NCBI GenBank assembly: GCA_963840455.1
Contig: CAWIYV010000011.1
Span: forward strand, 352,001-416,000
Length of the DNA stretch: 64,000 nucleotides
Direction: 5' to 3'
Source of the DNA: Nitrospirota bacterium
GTDB lineage: Bacteria > Nitrospirota > UBA9217
Shown here: piece after piece, positions 38,580 through 50,519 of the stretch
Layout: each line of letters starts with the position of its first letter
Position numbering within the stretch: the first letter of the stretch is position 1
Made by a program: the position numbers and the translations under genes
The notes under the pieces: model-generated
Told to the model about the DNA's origin: nothing
Seen by the model: only the letters and a program-made list of their open reading frames with translations
Databases searched by the model: none

Positions 38580-40529
38580 TCAAAGGTTTTCTTTTGCTCC
38601 GATCCGCTTCTTCACGTAATTCAACGTCCCGCCGGCAAGCAGATGCTGACGCTGCCGGTCGGACACGTCCAGCACCGTTAGGATGGTCTTGCCGTCCACG
38701 TCCACCGGGATCTCCCGGTCGCCCCGTGCAATGCGGCCCCGGATGTCCCGGAGCACGACCTGCATGCCTTTCGTAATCTTATCATAGTCTGCAGGATCTT
38801 TGAACGTAAGCGGCAGGATGCCAAAGTTGCAGAGGTTGGACTTGTGGATCCGGGCGAAGCTCTTCACGATCTTGGCGCGCACGCCGAGGAACCGGGGCGC
38901 CAACGCCGCGTGCTCCCGGCTCGATCCCTGGCCGTAGTTCACGCCGCCGATGACCACGACATTGCCCCTCATTCTTGCCTCTTGAGCGAAGCCGGGGTCC
39001 ACCGGGGAGAAGACGTATTCGCTGATAGCCTCGATGTTCGAGCGCAATGGCAGGACCTTGTTCCCCGCGGGCATGATCGTGTCCGTCGAGATGTTGTCGC
39101 CGATCTTCAGCACGACCTCGGCGGCAAGGATCTCGGGAAGGGCTTCAAGGACCGGCAGCGGCTTAATGTTCGGTCCGGTCACCACGGCGGTCTCCCGAAG
39201 TCCATCAGACGGGAAGATGATCGATCGTTCGTCGATGATATATTTTGTCGGGTCCTCGATCCGCGGATACGTCATCGCTTGAGCAAGGTCCCGTGGGTCC
39301 GTGATGACGCCGGAGATTGCTGCCGCGGTCGCGGTCTCGGGCGAGCAGAGATAGACTTTGTCGTCCTTCGTGCCGCTCCTCCCGGGGAAGTTCCGCGGGA
39401 ACGTGCGAAGGCTTACCTCGCCGGTACCCGGGGCCTGCCCCATGCCGATGCAGCCCTGGCATCCGGGCTCGTGCACGCGCGCGCCTGACATCAGGAACGA
39501 AATAAGTCCGCCCTGCTGCGCCACGTTCTCAATAACCTGCCTGCTCCCGGGGTTCACATGGAAATTGACCTCGGAATGGACCCTCCTGCCTTCGAGCATT
39601 TTCGCCGCCACCATGAGGTCCCGAAAGGACGAGTTCACGCTGCTGCCCACAATGGCCTGGTTCACCTTGATGCCGGCCACTTCGCGGACAGGCACCACAT
39701 TGCCCGGCGACGATGGCTTCGCGATCAGCGGTTCGAGCTGCGACAGGTCGATCTCGGTCCGCTCATCGTATTCAGCGCCTTCGTCAGCCGCGAGCCGGAC
39801 CCAGGCCGCTCCCCTGCCCTGCGCCTCCAGGTACTCCCGTGTGCGCTCGTCGGACGGAAAGATCGAGGTCGTGGCGCCGGTCTCGGTGCCCATGTTCCCG
39901 ATGGTCTCGCGGTCCGTGGCGGAAAGCGACGCTACTCCCGGGCCATAATACTCGATGATCATTCCCACGCAGCCCTTCACATCGTATCTGCGAAGCATCT
40001 CAAGGACCACATCCTTGGCGCTCACCCAATCGGGAAGGCTGCCCGTGAGCTTCACGCCGAGCACCTTGGGGCAAGTCAGATGGTAGGGATAACCCGCCAT
40101 GGCGAGCGCGACGTCGAGACCGCCTGCTCCGATACCGAGCACCGACACACCCGCAGCTCCCGGTGTATGGCTGTCCGAGCCCAACAACGTTTTGCCCGGG
40201 GCCCCGAAACGCTCCATGTGCACCTGGTGCGATACGCCGTTGCCGGGCTTGCTGAAATGGATGCCGTACCGCGCTGCAGCGGTCTGGAGGAACTTGTGAT
40301 CGTCGGCGTTCTTGTTGTCCGTCTGCAGGAGGTTGTGGTCCACGTACTGGGCTGCCAGCCCCACCTTCACCCGGTCCAGGCCAAGGGCCTCGAACTCGAG
40401 CAGGGCAAGCGTCCCGGTGGCGTCCTGCAGCAGGGTCTGGTCGATCGTGATGCCGATCTCCGTTCCCGGCACCAGCCTACCCTCGACAAGGTGCGCATCC
40501 AGTATCTTATAGGTCAAGTTCCTGTTCAT
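38580..40529 (-). CDS. Aconitate hydratase (short form)
   Basis: QDATGT, DHN, GSDSHT, GCQGCIGMG, RNFPGRSG, GSSREHA. Confidence 0.9.
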   Translation of the reverse strand: MNRNLTYKILDAHLVEGRLVPGTEIGITIDQTLLQDATGTLALLEFEALGLDRVKVGLAAQYVDHNLLQTDNKNADDHKFLQTAAARYGIHFSKPGNGVSHQVHMERFGAPGKTLLGSDSHTPGAAGVSVLGIGAGGLDVALAMAGYPYHLTCPKVLGVKLTGSLPDWVSAKDVVLEMLRRYDVKGCVGMIIEYYGPGVASLSATDRETIGNMGTETGATTSIFPSDERTREYLEAQGRGAAWVRLAADEGAEYDERTEIDLSQLEPLIAKPSSPGNVVPVREVAGIKVNQAIVGSSVNSSFRDLMVAAKMLEGRRVHSEVNFHVNPGSRQVIENVAQQGGLISFLMSGARVHEPGCQGCIGMGQAPGTGEVSLRTFPRNFPGRSGTKDDKVYLCSPETATAAAISGVITDPRDLAQAMTYPRIEDPTKYIIDERSIIFPSDGLRETAVVTGPNIKPLPVLEALPEILAAEVVLKIGDNISTDTIMPAGNKVLPLRSNIEAISEYVFSPVDPGFAQEARMRGNVVVIGGVNYGQGSSREHAALAPRFLGVRAKIVKSFARIHKSNLCNFGILPLTFKDPADYDKITKGMQVVLRDIRGRIARGDREIPVDVDGKTILTVLDVSDRQRQHLLAGGTLNYVKKRIGAKENL

Positions 40530-40773
40530 GATGTTCCGTTCTCTTTTCTCGCCGAGATGTCCTCGCCCCGAAGGCCGGTACGACTTTTGGGCCATTACGG
40601 AAGGGCGCGGACTATGCAACAAACTGGATAGAACGACTCCCGTTTTCTCTGCTAGTCAATTTTACCACAATTTGACGGGGAATGACATTGCCAGCCCATC
40701 CGGGCATTACTGCTTTTGCTATAATAATATCATCTTAACCGTTGGAACGTTCTATACAAAGGAGGAATAGGTA

Positions 40774-41301
40774 ATGAGAAAAGTGCTTTTCGCAGCAGTT
40801 CTTGTCGTGGGAGTGCTGGCAGCGCTCCCGGTAGTCGCCGCTGACCTGGTGGTCCCGATGAGCCTGGTCAGCGATCAGGGCATCGGCAAATCCATCGGCA
40901 CGGTCACGATCAGCGAAGGTCCGAAAGGGCTGGTGTTCACGCCCAACCTGACCGACCTGGCCCCTGGGGTCCACGGGTTCCATGTGCACCAGAATCCGGA
41001 CTGCGCTGCAGCAATGAAGGACGGGAAGATGACCCCGGCGCTCGCGGCCGGCGGGCACTACGACCCCGCCAATGTTGGCAAGCATGAAGGTCCGCTGGGC
41101 AAGGGACATCTCGGCGACCTTCCGGCGCTCACCGTCGGCGCTGACGGAAAGGCAACAGCAGCGGTCAACGCGCCCCATCTCAAGATGGCGGACGTGAAGG
41201 GACGGTCCCTCATGATCCATGCAGGCGGAGACAACTACTCAGACCAGCCGGCGCCCCTGGGCGGCGGCGGCGCAAGGATTGCCTGCGGCGTCATCAAATA
41301 G
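40774..41301 (+). CDS. sodC: Periplasmic Cu/Zn superoxide dismutase
   Basis: [31 protein letters not shown]. Confidence 0.95.
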   Translation: MRKVLFAAVLVVGVLAALPVVAADLVVPMSLVSDQGIGKSIGTVTISEGPKGLVFTPNLTDLAPGVHGFHVHQNPDCAAAMKDGKMTPALAAGGHYDPANVGKHEGPLGKGHLGDLPALTVGADGKATAAVNAPHLKMADVKGRSLMIHAGGDNYSDQPAPLGGGGARIACGVIK

Positions 41302-41344
41302 GCAGGTCGCCCTTCCACCGGCGCCTCGACCACCGCACCTGCCG

Positions 41345-41374
41345 TCCCCCGCTACGCGGCGGGGGATCTTTTTT
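41345..41374 (+). terminator. Intrinsic terminator after sodC
   Basis: TCCCCCGC...GCGGGGGA followed by a T run. Confidence 0.65.
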
Positions 41375-41503
41375 GCCCCCTGCCGGATGCTGTTGACAGC
41401 GCATGACCATGGAGGTATCATAGTGATGAAAGAGGATTCGGTTTATCCTAATTTTCCGCTCCGGCAGAGCGGCCAGGGATCGACCGGAAAGAGAGGCATC
41501 GAT

Positions 41504-41773
41504 ATGACGAAATATCTCATCACATCAAAGCATGAGCCTGATGATTGTCTGCGCGCGCTCGATGAAGGGCTGGCGATGGGGCCGAAGGTCCTTGATAAGT
41601 TCGTCTTTGGCTGCAAGGAAGGCGACCATACCGGCTACGCGATCGTGGACGTCAAGAGCCTCAGCGAGGCGCTGGCCATGGTACCGGGTTTCCTGCAGGA
41701 GTCGGCCTGTGTCACCAAGGTGGACAAGTTCACACCTGCAGAGATAAGGTCGTTCCATGCAAAGGCAGCATAG
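41504..41773 (+). CDS. Small hypothetical protein
   Basis: GAGG RBS; MTKYLITSKHEPDDC...GCKEGDHTGY. Confidence 0.65.
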   Translation: MTKYLITSKHEPDDCLRALDEGLAMGPKVLDKFVFGCKEGDHTGYAIVDVKSLSEALAMVPGFLQESACVTKVDKFTPAEIRSFHAKAA

Positions 41774-41895
41774 CGCTCAGCGCGTTTTCCTGTGAAGGGA
41801 TCGACCGGCCTTGAGAGGACCGGAAGGACTTTGCTTAAGGTCCTCCCGGATCCCATGATCCGGGGCAGGATTGCATAGCGTTCTGCTCCCGTCCT

Positions 41896-44580
41896 CTACC
41901 GGGCCGGCGTCGGTCCCGGATCGGGTCCCACCGTTATCTGCACAAAATCCTGCGGACGTATCCATCGTGCGAAAGCGTCCCGCACCTCTTCCCCCGACAT
42001 TTCCAGGTATTTCTCCGCCGCGCGGACAGGCTCGTCAAGCGGAAGGTCTTCCATTGCCCGGCGAAGAAGCTCTCCGGCGATGGCATCGACACTCGCATCT
42101 TCGAGCGGGACCTGCCTGACCAGCAGCGTCTTGGCGCGCTGCAGTTCGTCGGGTGAGACCGGTTTGTCCCGCATCAGGCGGAGGTTCTGCTCGACGATCT
42201 CGCGCGCTTTCGAGACGTTGGGAGGATCGCAAGCATACTCGACACCGAAGAGTGCGCGGGTCTTCCCCGCCTCCAGGAATGACTCAACCGTATAGACCAG
42301 TCCCGTCTGTTCCCGGAGGTCGCGGTACAGGCGCGTGGCATAGAAGGCGCCGGAGAGAATGTGGTTCCCGAGCTGGAGACGGTAGTAATCGGGGTGAGAC
42401 CGCGTTATGCCGACCGTTTCCACCAGCGTCACCTCATCCTGCACCCTGCTTGTGTCGGGGACCAGGATGTGTGCCGGCCTGTTCGGCGGCACCGGCGGGA
42501 GCTCCGTGACCGGCGCGGCTCCCCGCGGCTTCCAATCGCCGAAGAAACGTTCGACGGTTGTCCGCGCCCGGTCGGGTGAGACCCTTCCGACGATGACGAT
42601 GGTCGTCATATCGGGCCGAAAGGCCTTCGCATGGTACGTCAGCACGTCCTCGCGGGAGAGCGATGACACGCTTTGCGGCGTCGCATCGCGCAGGACCGGG
42701 TCGTTCTCGGGATAGAGCGCTTCGCGGAGCGCCCGTTTCGAAAAGTACGCCGGGCTCGTCATCAGCCCCTGGAGCGCTGAAACAGACTCGTTGCGCACGA
42801 TGGGAAAGGCGGATTCCGGCAGCGCCGGCCGCAGCAGGTTGTCCGCAAGCAGCTCCATGCCCCGCTCGAAACGGTCTGCCAGCACCCGGAGCGAGAAGGA
42901 TATTCCCGCCTTGATCTCAGCCCCGATATCATCCTGTTCTTTCTGAAAAGCAATACGGTCGTACGATGCGGTTCCGTAGGATAAGAGGCCCGCGAGCAGG
43001 TCCGAAACGCCCTCCTTGCCCACCGGTTCCTCCAGATCATCATTATGCTTCACCTGGCCGAGCAGGTTGATCGCATCGCTGACATCGGTTGGACGGACGA
43101 TCAGCCGCAGGCCGTTGGCCAGCGTGAAGACCGCGGGTCGCACGGTCGAAGCGGGCGGGCCGGGCAGCATCTCGGCCTGAGCGGCCCACGGGGGCAGCGC
43201 GACGGGCTTCGCTTCCTTCGGTGCAAATGACTCCTTGCCGCCGAAGCCCTTCGACGCTGCGGGCTTCTCCGATGGACGGGGCGAGAGCACCGCAGTGATC
43301 GCGCGGTCGTTCCGCAGATACCGTCTCGCGACGCGGTTCACGTCCGCTGCCGTGACCCTCCTGATCAATGCAATATCCTCGTCCGGTGAGCTCCTGCCCT
43401 CGACGGCAAGCGCCTGGGACCAGGCATCGGCGAGGCCGGCTATGGAGTTCTTCTGGAACTCGGCATCGGCGATCTCATGCCGCTTCGAAGCCTCGACCAG
43501 GTCGGACGGTACGCCTTCCTTCACATACTTGTCGACGATGGCCTTGATCGACATCACCAGCGCATCCCCGTCGCCGCCGGCGGGGAAGGCCGCGAGCGCG
43601 TAGCCGTACGACGCCTTGGGCAGCGCTCCGCCGTCAAAGGCGGTGAACAATGCCTTCCCTGCGGGGACCAGGCCGTACAAGTCGCTCCTTGCGCTGTCCA
43701 GCACGTCGGCGAGGATCACGCCTGCTGCGAAATCCGGGTTGTCCGACCCGGGCAGCCGGTAGGCCGCCACCGCGAGCCCGTAGGGCTGGTCGCCCTCGAG
43801 CGTCAGCGAAGCCGCCTTCAGCGGCCGCAGCTTGATCGCAGGCCTCCGGGGAATGGGGCGCTTCGGGATCGTTCCGAAGAGCTCTTTCACGAGCGAAAGC
43901 GTCCGTTTCGGCTCAACGTCGCCGGCGATCACGAGAATGGCGTTATTCGGTGCATACCAACGGTCAGAGAACGCCTTCAACATCGCGCCCGTCGTCCGCT
44001 GGAACGACGGCCGGGTGCCGAGGGCATCGTGCGAATAGGGGGTCCCCGTGAAGAGCTCGGCGAGGATCCGCGTCGACAGCACGTACTCGGGGCTGGAGAG
44101 GTCCTGCGCCACTTCCTGCTCGATCGCTCCCCGCTCCTGCTCCCACAGCTCCTGCGTATCGAGCACGCCGCGCATGCGTTGTGCCTCCACATGCAGGGCC
44201 ACGTCGAGGTTCTCTTTGGGCACGGTAAGGAAATACTGGGTGACGGTCTGCTGCGTGGCGGCGTTGAACTCGCCGCCTAGGAGTGCGATGATGTTCGCCA
44301 GTTGCTCGGCCGATAGTCCCGGACTTCCCCGGAACATCATATGCTCCTGAGCATGGGCCATGCCGGGGAACGCCGCAGGCTCCTCGTTCGAGCCCACGAG
44401 GTAGTTCACCTCGGTAGCCACAACAGGGGCAAGCGTGTTCTTCACGATCACGACCCTGAGGCCGTTTGCCAGAGTAGCGCGGAGGACATCGTCGGTAGCT
44501 GCCGCCCACCGGAACGGGATGAACAGGAAAATGAGCAGAACAACCAGCGCATGCTGGACAACGGACCGCTTGGGCCTCAT
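41896..44580 (-). CDS. M16 (pitrilysin-family) zinc peptidase, secreted
   Basis: HAQEH inverted zinc motif; duplicated LANGLR modules; signal peptide. Confidence 0.9.
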   Translation of the reverse strand: MRPKRSVVQHALVVLLIFLFIPFRWAAATDDVLRATLANGLRVVIVKNTLAPVVATEVNYLVGSNEEPAAFPGMAHAQEHMMFRGSPGLSAEQLANIIALLGGEFNAATQQTVTQYFLTVPKENLDVALHVEAQRMRGVLDTQELWEQERGAIEQEVAQDLSSPEYVLSTRILAELFTGTPYSHDALGTRPSFQRTTGAMLKAFSDRWYAPNNAILVIAGDVEPKRTLSLVKELFGTIPKRPIPRRPAIKLRPLKAASLTLEGDQPYGLAVAAYRLPGSDNPDFAAGVILADVLDSARSDLYGLVPAGKALFTAFDGGALPKASYGYALAAFPAGGDGDALVMSIKAIVDKYVKEGVPSDLVEASKRHEIADAEFQKNSIAGLADAWSQALAVEGRSSPDEDIALIRRVTAADVNRVARRYLRNDRAITAVLSPRPSEKPAASKGFGGKESFAPKEAKPVALPPWAAQAEMLPGPPASTVRPAVFTLANGLRLIVRPTDVSDAINLLGQVKHNDDLEEPVGKEGVSDLLAGLLSYGTASYDRIAFQKEQDDIGAEIKAGISFSLRVLADRFERGMELLADNLLRPALPESAFPIVRNESVSALQGLMTSPAYFSKRALREALYPENDPVLRDATPQSVSSLSREDVLTYHAKAFRPDMTTIVIVGRVSPDRARTTVERFFGDWKPRGAAPVTELPPVPPNRPAHILVPDTSRVQDEVTLVETVGITRSHPDYYRLQLGNHILSGAFYATRLYRDLREQTGLVYTVESFLEAGKTRALFGVEYACDPPNVSKAREIVEQNLRLMRDKPVSPDELQRAKTLLVRQVPLEDASVDAIAGELLRRAMEDLPLDEPVRAAEKYLEMSGEEVRDAFARWIRPQDFVQITVGPDPGPTPAR

Positions 44581-44620
44581 GGTCTTCCTCCGGCTGGACA
44601 GGCGGGCGGACAGAGAGCGG

Positions 44621-44995
44621 TCATGCGATCTCCCCATCGTCAGCGAGGTCGGTCCGCACCAGAGCAAGAATGGCGGAATGGGGCACGATAAGGTATTTCT
44701 TCTCCTCGAACTCGATCTCCATGGCCGCGTCCTTCAGGAAGATAGCGTAGTCCCCTTCCGCGGCCTGGAGCGGCACGTATCTCACGTCCTTCTTGCCCGA
44801 CTGCCAGGACTCTGCCGGAGCAGTGTCGGGCACGGCGTACCCGGGCCCGGTCTTTTTCACGTGGCCGCCGAGGATCCTCTCCTTTTCCTTGACCGTGGGA
44901 GGCAGATAGAGTCCCGAGGGGGTCTTGTCCATCTTCTCGTCCGGTTCGATCAGGACCCGGTCGCCGACTATGATGAGGTTCTTCTTGGTCTTCAT
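44621..44995 (-). CDS. GroES-family co-chaperonin (orphan)
   Basis: GDRVLI..TPSGLYLP..GPG; no groEL adjacent. Confidence 0.85.
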   Translation of the reverse strand: MKTKKNLIIVGDRVLIEPDEKMDKTPSGLYLPPTVKEKERILGGHVKKTGPGYAVPDTAPAESWQSGKKDVRYVPLQAAEGDYAIFLKDAAMEIEFEEKKYLIVPHSAILALVRTDLADDGEIA

Positions 44996-45017
44996 AGTGC
45001 TCCTTATCTAACGTTAT

Positions 45018-45160
45018 CGTCATCCCGAAATGTTTCTATCGGAGATCCAGCGGTTTTCAGAAAAATCCCTGGATTCCCCAACCATACCCCCCCCCTTTTC
45101 CCTCCCCTTAAATTAAGGAGAGGGATAGGGAGGGGTTAGCTATTGCGGGAAGGATCACGA
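45018..45160. repeat. REP-like palindrome interrupted by a second palindrome
   Basis: CGTCATCCC..GATCCAG..CTGGATTCCC, then CCCTCCCCTTAAATTAAGGAGAGGG, then GCGGGAA. Confidence 0.55.
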
Positions 45161-45185
45161 GATATGAACGCTTCACAACACCCTC

Positions 45186-45929
45186 TTAGTACAGCACCTG
45201 GCAGGGTATGCCGTTCTTCTCGAAGGCCTTCCGCAGCTCCTCCCCCTTTTCCCGGAAGAAGCTGTCCTTCATCGCCCACTGCATCCCGTACTTCTTGTAC
45301 ACCGCATCGGCATAGTGATAGTTCAGCCGGTCGACCAGCACATGCCCGACGCTGTCCTTAAGCAGGGCAGGCAATCCTTCGGCTCCGGGGAGCAGCGGCG
45401 CGATCATAGCGAAGGTCTTGATGCCTGAACCGTGGAGCTTCTCCAGGGCCTCGATCCTCTTTGCTATCGGTGGCGCGCCCGGCTCGAAGATCTTCCGCAT
45501 CCGTTCGTCAGCGGTCGTAATCGTGAACCCGACCTCGACATCGGCTGCTCTCCTTAATATCTCGATGTCCCGCAGGACCAGCGGGGACTTGGTCTGCACC
45601 CTGATCGGCCAGTCGTTCCGCACGAGGATCTCGAGGCATCTGCGCGTGAGCCGGTACTTCCGCTCCAGCGGCTGATAGGGATCGCAGACCCCGCTGATCC
45701 AGACCCGGCCGACCTTTTTTTTCAAAACCTCCCGCGTGAGGAGCTCCGGCGCATTGACCTTCACATCGACGAACGCGCCCCACTCCTCCTTGTGGCCGGT
45801 GAACCGCTTCATGAACTTGGCGTAGCAGTAGACGCAGGCATGCTGGCAGCCCACGTAGGGGTTCATTGCGTAATCAGACACCTGCGAGGTTGACAGAATG
45901 CTCTTGGCCTTTACTTCCTTGATCTGCAT
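45186..45929 (-). CDS. Radical SAM protein (SPL-like family)
   Basis: NPYVGCQHACVYCYA; DPYQP; TKS. Confidence 0.85.
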   Translation of the reverse strand: MQIKEVKAKSILSTSQVSDYAMNPYVGCQHACVYCYAKFMKRFTGHKEEWGAFVDVKVNAPELLTREVLKKKVGRVWISGVCDPYQPLERKYRLTRRCLEILVRNDWPIRVQTKSPLVLRDIEILRRAADVEVGFTITTADERMRKIFEPGAPPIAKRIEALEKLHGSGIKTFAMIAPLLPGAEGLPALLKDSVGHVLVDRLNYHYADAVYKKYGMQWAMKDSFFREKGEELRKAFEKNGIPCQVLY

Positions 45930-45971
45930 GATGATCGTACCGGATTCCCGCCGAAGGATTTCCTCAAGCGC

Positions 45972-46649
45972 CTACTCCCACTTCCCCGGATGTCCCTTCT
46001 TCTCCCGGTTCTTCCTCACCTGCTTCAGGAACTCCTTTCGCGGCATCTCTTCCGCTCCGAGGCTCAGGAGATGCGGGTTCGTCACCTGGCAGTCGATAAG
46101 AGGGAACTTCCAATCCTTCAATCGCTGGACCAGGTGATAGAGCGCGATCTTGGATGCCTCGGGCCGGAGGTGGAACATGGACTCGCCGCTGTAGGTCATG
46201 CCGATGGCAACGCCGTACAATCCGCCGGCAAGCTCGCCGCCCATGAACACCTCGGTCGAATGGGCGTACCCCAGTTCATGCAGTCGGATATACGCCTCGA
46301 CCATCTCCTTCGTGATCCAGGTCCCACGCTGTCCCTTGCGCTTTGTCGCGGAGCAGTGTCTGATCACGTCCGTAAAGCACGTGTCGAACCGGACCTCATA
46401 ACCACCCTTCCTGAGCGCCTGCCGGAGGCTCGTCGAGACCTTCAGGTTCTCCGGATAGAGCACGCACCGCGGTTCAGGCGACCACCACATGATCGGCTCA
46501 CCCTTACTGAACCAGGGGAAGATGCCGTTCCTGTAGGCCAGCAGCAACCGCTCGGGCTTCAGGTCCCCGCCCACGCCGAGCAGGCCGTCCTCTTCGGCGA
46601 GGTCCGGGTCGGGAAAGATCAGGTCATCGGGAATGCGGAAAACGGGCAT
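45972..46649 (-). CDS. aat: Leucyl/phenylalanyl-tRNA--protein transferase
   Basis: GGDL, AYRNGIFPW, WWSPEPR, GESMF, IDCQ. Confidence 0.95.
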   Translation of the reverse strand: MPVFRIPDDLIFPDPDLAEEDGLLGVGGDLKPERLLLAYRNGIFPWFSKGEPIMWWSPEPRCVLYPENLKVSTSLRQALRKGGYEVRFDTCFTDVIRHCSATKRKGQRGTWITKEMVEAYIRLHELGYAHSTEVFMGGELAGGLYGVAIGMTYSGESMFHLRPEASKIALYHLVQRLKDWKFPLIDCQVTNPHLLSLGAEEMPRKEFLKQVRKNREKKGHPGKWE

Positions 46650-46707
46650 GGAAAGATAGTTTAGCGTCTAAAAATACAAAAATTATTGGAAGGATCAAAT
46701 GCATTGT

Positions 46708-46813
46708 ACCGCGAAGGCGCGAAGAGCGCGAAGGACGTCAAAAAACAACAGAATCCTTTGCGTTTATTTTAAGACCTGCAAGATTTCCTTCGCGACCTTT
46801 GCGCCTTCGCGGT
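46708..46813. repeat. 9-nt-period inverted repeat pair
   Basis: CGCGAAG x3 ... CTT(C/T)GCG x3. Confidence 0.7.
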
Positions 46814-46870
46814 TCCAAGGTTTCCGTTCCTGCAGGTTTGGATCACGATCCTCCAATGTCTTAAGCGCCT

Positions 46871-47059
46871 TTATTTGTCCGGATCGCCCTTTTTCTTGAA
46901 CACCTCGGGATTTACGTTCCCCGACCCGGGCCCGCCGCACTCGGGGATGTAGCACGTGACGTCCACATACTCGCACTTTTCCCTGCAGAAGGGGCAGATC
47001 TCCGGCGGGGTGTCCGCGTTGATCGTGTTGCCGCACTTATTGCATTTCCAGGCCGTCAT
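46871..47059 (-). CDS. Rubredoxin-like small protein
   Basis: WKCNKCG...PPEICPFC...C..CYIPECG; GGAGG RBS. Confidence 0.8.
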   Translation of the reverse strand: MTAWKCNKCGNTINADTPPEICPFCREKCEYVDVTCYIPECGGPGSGNVNPEVFKKKGDPDK

Positions 47060-47155
47060 ATTCGCCTCCTTGTACTTAAGAACAACACCAAACCCTCTCA
47101 CCACCGAGGACACAGAGAACTACCTCGGGCCCGAGAGGAGGAAATATTCTTCAGG

Positions 47156-48427
<1,272 letters not shown>

Positions 48428-48609
48428 AGCGCACGCTCCCCCTGACGGCGTTCATCACCGTCTAGAGTGAGACTACCCCAGAACGGCATGAAAATCAAGG
48501 CTCGGCGACGCAAAGTGCCTTGACAAAGAAAACAATCCCTGTTACCGTACTTCTCAGCACGATCGCGGGTGCCTCACGGCATCCGCCCCCTGTCCGAAGG
48601 AGCGTTCCC

Positions 48610-50028
48610 ATGCCTTCACCAGCAGTCTGCACCACCAGCCCCTGCTACAGCATCCAGATCCGGCTCGAGATCGATAACGTCATCGGCAAGTTCGCCCAGA
48701 TCGCCATGGCCATCGGCATGACCGGCGGGAACCTCGGCGCCGTGGACATCGTGCGCGTCGAGCGCGGGAAGATCATCCGCGACGTGACCGTGGACGCCCG
48801 CGACGTAGAACACGAGAAAGAGATCGTCAAGGCGATCAAGAACGTGGGCGGCGTCAAGGTCCTCCGTACCATAGACCGGACCTTCACGGTGCACGAAGGC
48901 GGCAAGATCGAGATCCGCAGCAAGATGCCGATCCGCGACCGCAATGACCTCTCTCAGGTCTACACCCCCGGCGTGGCGCGGGTCTGCATGGACATTCATG
49001 ACAATCCCGAGCACGTCTACCGGTATACCATCAAGCGGAACACCGTGGCCATCATCACCGACGGCACGGCGGTCCTCGGACTGGGCGACATCGGGCCGGA
49101 AGCGGCCATGCCCGTCATGGAAGGCAAGGCGATGATCTTCAAAGAGTTCGCGGACATCGACGCCTTCCCCATCGCGCTCCGCACCAAGGACCCCGATGAG
49201 ATCGTCGCCACCGTCAAGAACATCGCCACGCCCTTCGGCGGCATCAACCTCGAGGACATCTCGGCCCCCCGGTGTTTCGACATCGAGATGCGCCTCCGGA
49301 AGGAGCTGTCCGTGCCGGTCATCCATGACGACCAGCACGGCACCGCCGTGGTCGTGCTCTCCGCACTCATCAACGTCGGGCGGCTGCTCAAGAAGGACAT
49401 CCGGAAGTACCGGGTCGCCATGGTCGGCGCCGGCGCGGCGGGGACCGCCACGGCCAAGATCCTCCTTGCCTACGGCGTGAAGGACATCACGGTCTGCGAC
49501 AAATATGGCGTGGTCTACCCGGGCCGGCGGCAGGGCATGGACCGCCATCTCACGGCGCTGGCGAAGATGACCAACCCCCGGAAGCTCAAGGGCACCATCG
49601 GCGACGCCATGAAAGGCGCCGACGTGTTCATCGGCGTTTCGGCGCCGAACGTCATCACGGCCGACGACATCCGGCGCATGGCGAAGAACCCCGTGGTCTT
49701 CGCCCTGGCCAACCCGGACCCGGAGATCGCGCCCGAAGTGGCGCTGCCGCTCGTGAAGGTCCTCGCCACGGGCCGGTCCGACTTCCCGAACCAGATCAAC
49801 AACATGCTGAGCTACCCCGGCATCTTCCGGGGGCTCCTCGACGTGCAAGCAAAAGGCGTGAACGAAGCGGTGAAGCTCGCCGCTGCCGAGGCCATCGCCC
49901 ATATGGTGAAGGCCGATGAACTGCACGAGGACTACATCATCCCGAGTCCCTTCGAAAAACGCGTGGTCCACGCCGTTGCGCACGCGGTCTCGGAAGCGGC
50001 GCGGAAGACCGGACTGGCGGAGAGATAG
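48610..50028 (+). CDS. NAD-dependent malic enzyme with N-terminal ACT domain
   Basis: YTPGVA, VMEGKA, NLEDI, DDQHGT, FALANP. Confidence 0.92.
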   Translation: MPSPAVCTTSPCYSIQIRLEIDNVIGKFAQIAMAIGMTGGNLGAVDIVRVERGKIIRDVTVDARDVEHEKEIVKAIKNVGGVKVLRTIDRTFTVHEGGKIEIRSKMPIRDRNDLSQVYTPGVARVCMDIHDNPEHVYRYTIKRNTVAIITDGTAVLGLGDIGPEAAMPVMEGKAMIFKEFADIDAFPIALRTKDPDEIVATVKNIATPFGGINLEDISAPRCFDIEMRLRKELSVPVIHDDQHGTAVVVLSALINVGRLLKKDIRKYRVAMVGAGAAGTATAKILLAYGVKDITVCDKYGVVYPGRRQGMDRHLTALAKMTNPRKLKGTIGDAMKGADVFIGVSAPNVITADDIRRMAKNPVVFALANPDPEIAPEVALPLVKVLATGRSDFPNQINNMLSYPGIFRGLLDVQAKGVNEAVKLAAAEAIAHMVKADELHEDYIIPSPFEKRVVHAVAHAVSEAARKTGLAER

Positions 50029-50120
50029 TCGAGAGGCAGTCAAACAACAGTCATGCAACAGTCGTAAGGCAGTCGAAGAGCAGTCATAAAGGCAGTCAAG
50101 AGCATCTATAGGGCAGTCTC
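50029..50120 (+). repeat. CAGTC array (11-12 nt period) upstream of the four-helix-bundle gene
   Basis: About 8 CAGTC-centred units; complementary GACTG array downstream. Confidence 0.75.
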
Positions 50121-50144
50121 AACCTGAAATCAAAAACCGAATCG

Positions 50145-50513
50145 ATGGCAAAGATAGAGCGATTTGAAGATATTAAAGCTTGGCAAAAATCACGGGAACT
50201 GGTCAGGATGATCTATTCCTTGTCGAACGCAAAATCGAAGTTCAGTGAGGATTTTGGCCTTCGCAAGCAGATCAGAAATGCATCTGTATCGGTCATGAGC
50301 AACATCGCGGAAGGTTTTGCCAGAAAAGGTGATAAGGAGTTCAACCATTTTTTGTCAATAGCTCTTGGGTCGGTTGCCGAAGTGCAAAGCCAGCTCTATG
50401 TTGCTGTTGATCTCGAGTACATCACGAAAAAGGAATTCCGCGAAACCTATGATGCCGCTCTTGAGACTGGCAAAATGATCTCAGCATTCATGCAGTATTT
50501 GAATAAAGTTTAA
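50145..50513 (+). CDS. Four-helix-bundle protein (23S rRNA IVP / Avd-like family)
   Basis: RFEDIKAWQKS...DFGLRKQIR..SVSVMSNIAEGF; AT-richer than its neighbours. Confidence 0.9.
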   Translation: MAKIERFEDIKAWQKSRELVRMIYSLSNAKSKFSEDFGLRKQIRNASVSVMSNIAEGFARKGDKEFNHFLSIALGSVAEVQSQLYVAVDLEYITKKEFRETYDAALETGKMISAFMQYLNKV

Positions 50514-50519
50514 TCTCGG

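Noticed and set aside
50145-50513. Diversity-generating retroelement (Avd-like gene)
   Set aside because: No reverse transcriptase and no template/variable repeat pair seen.
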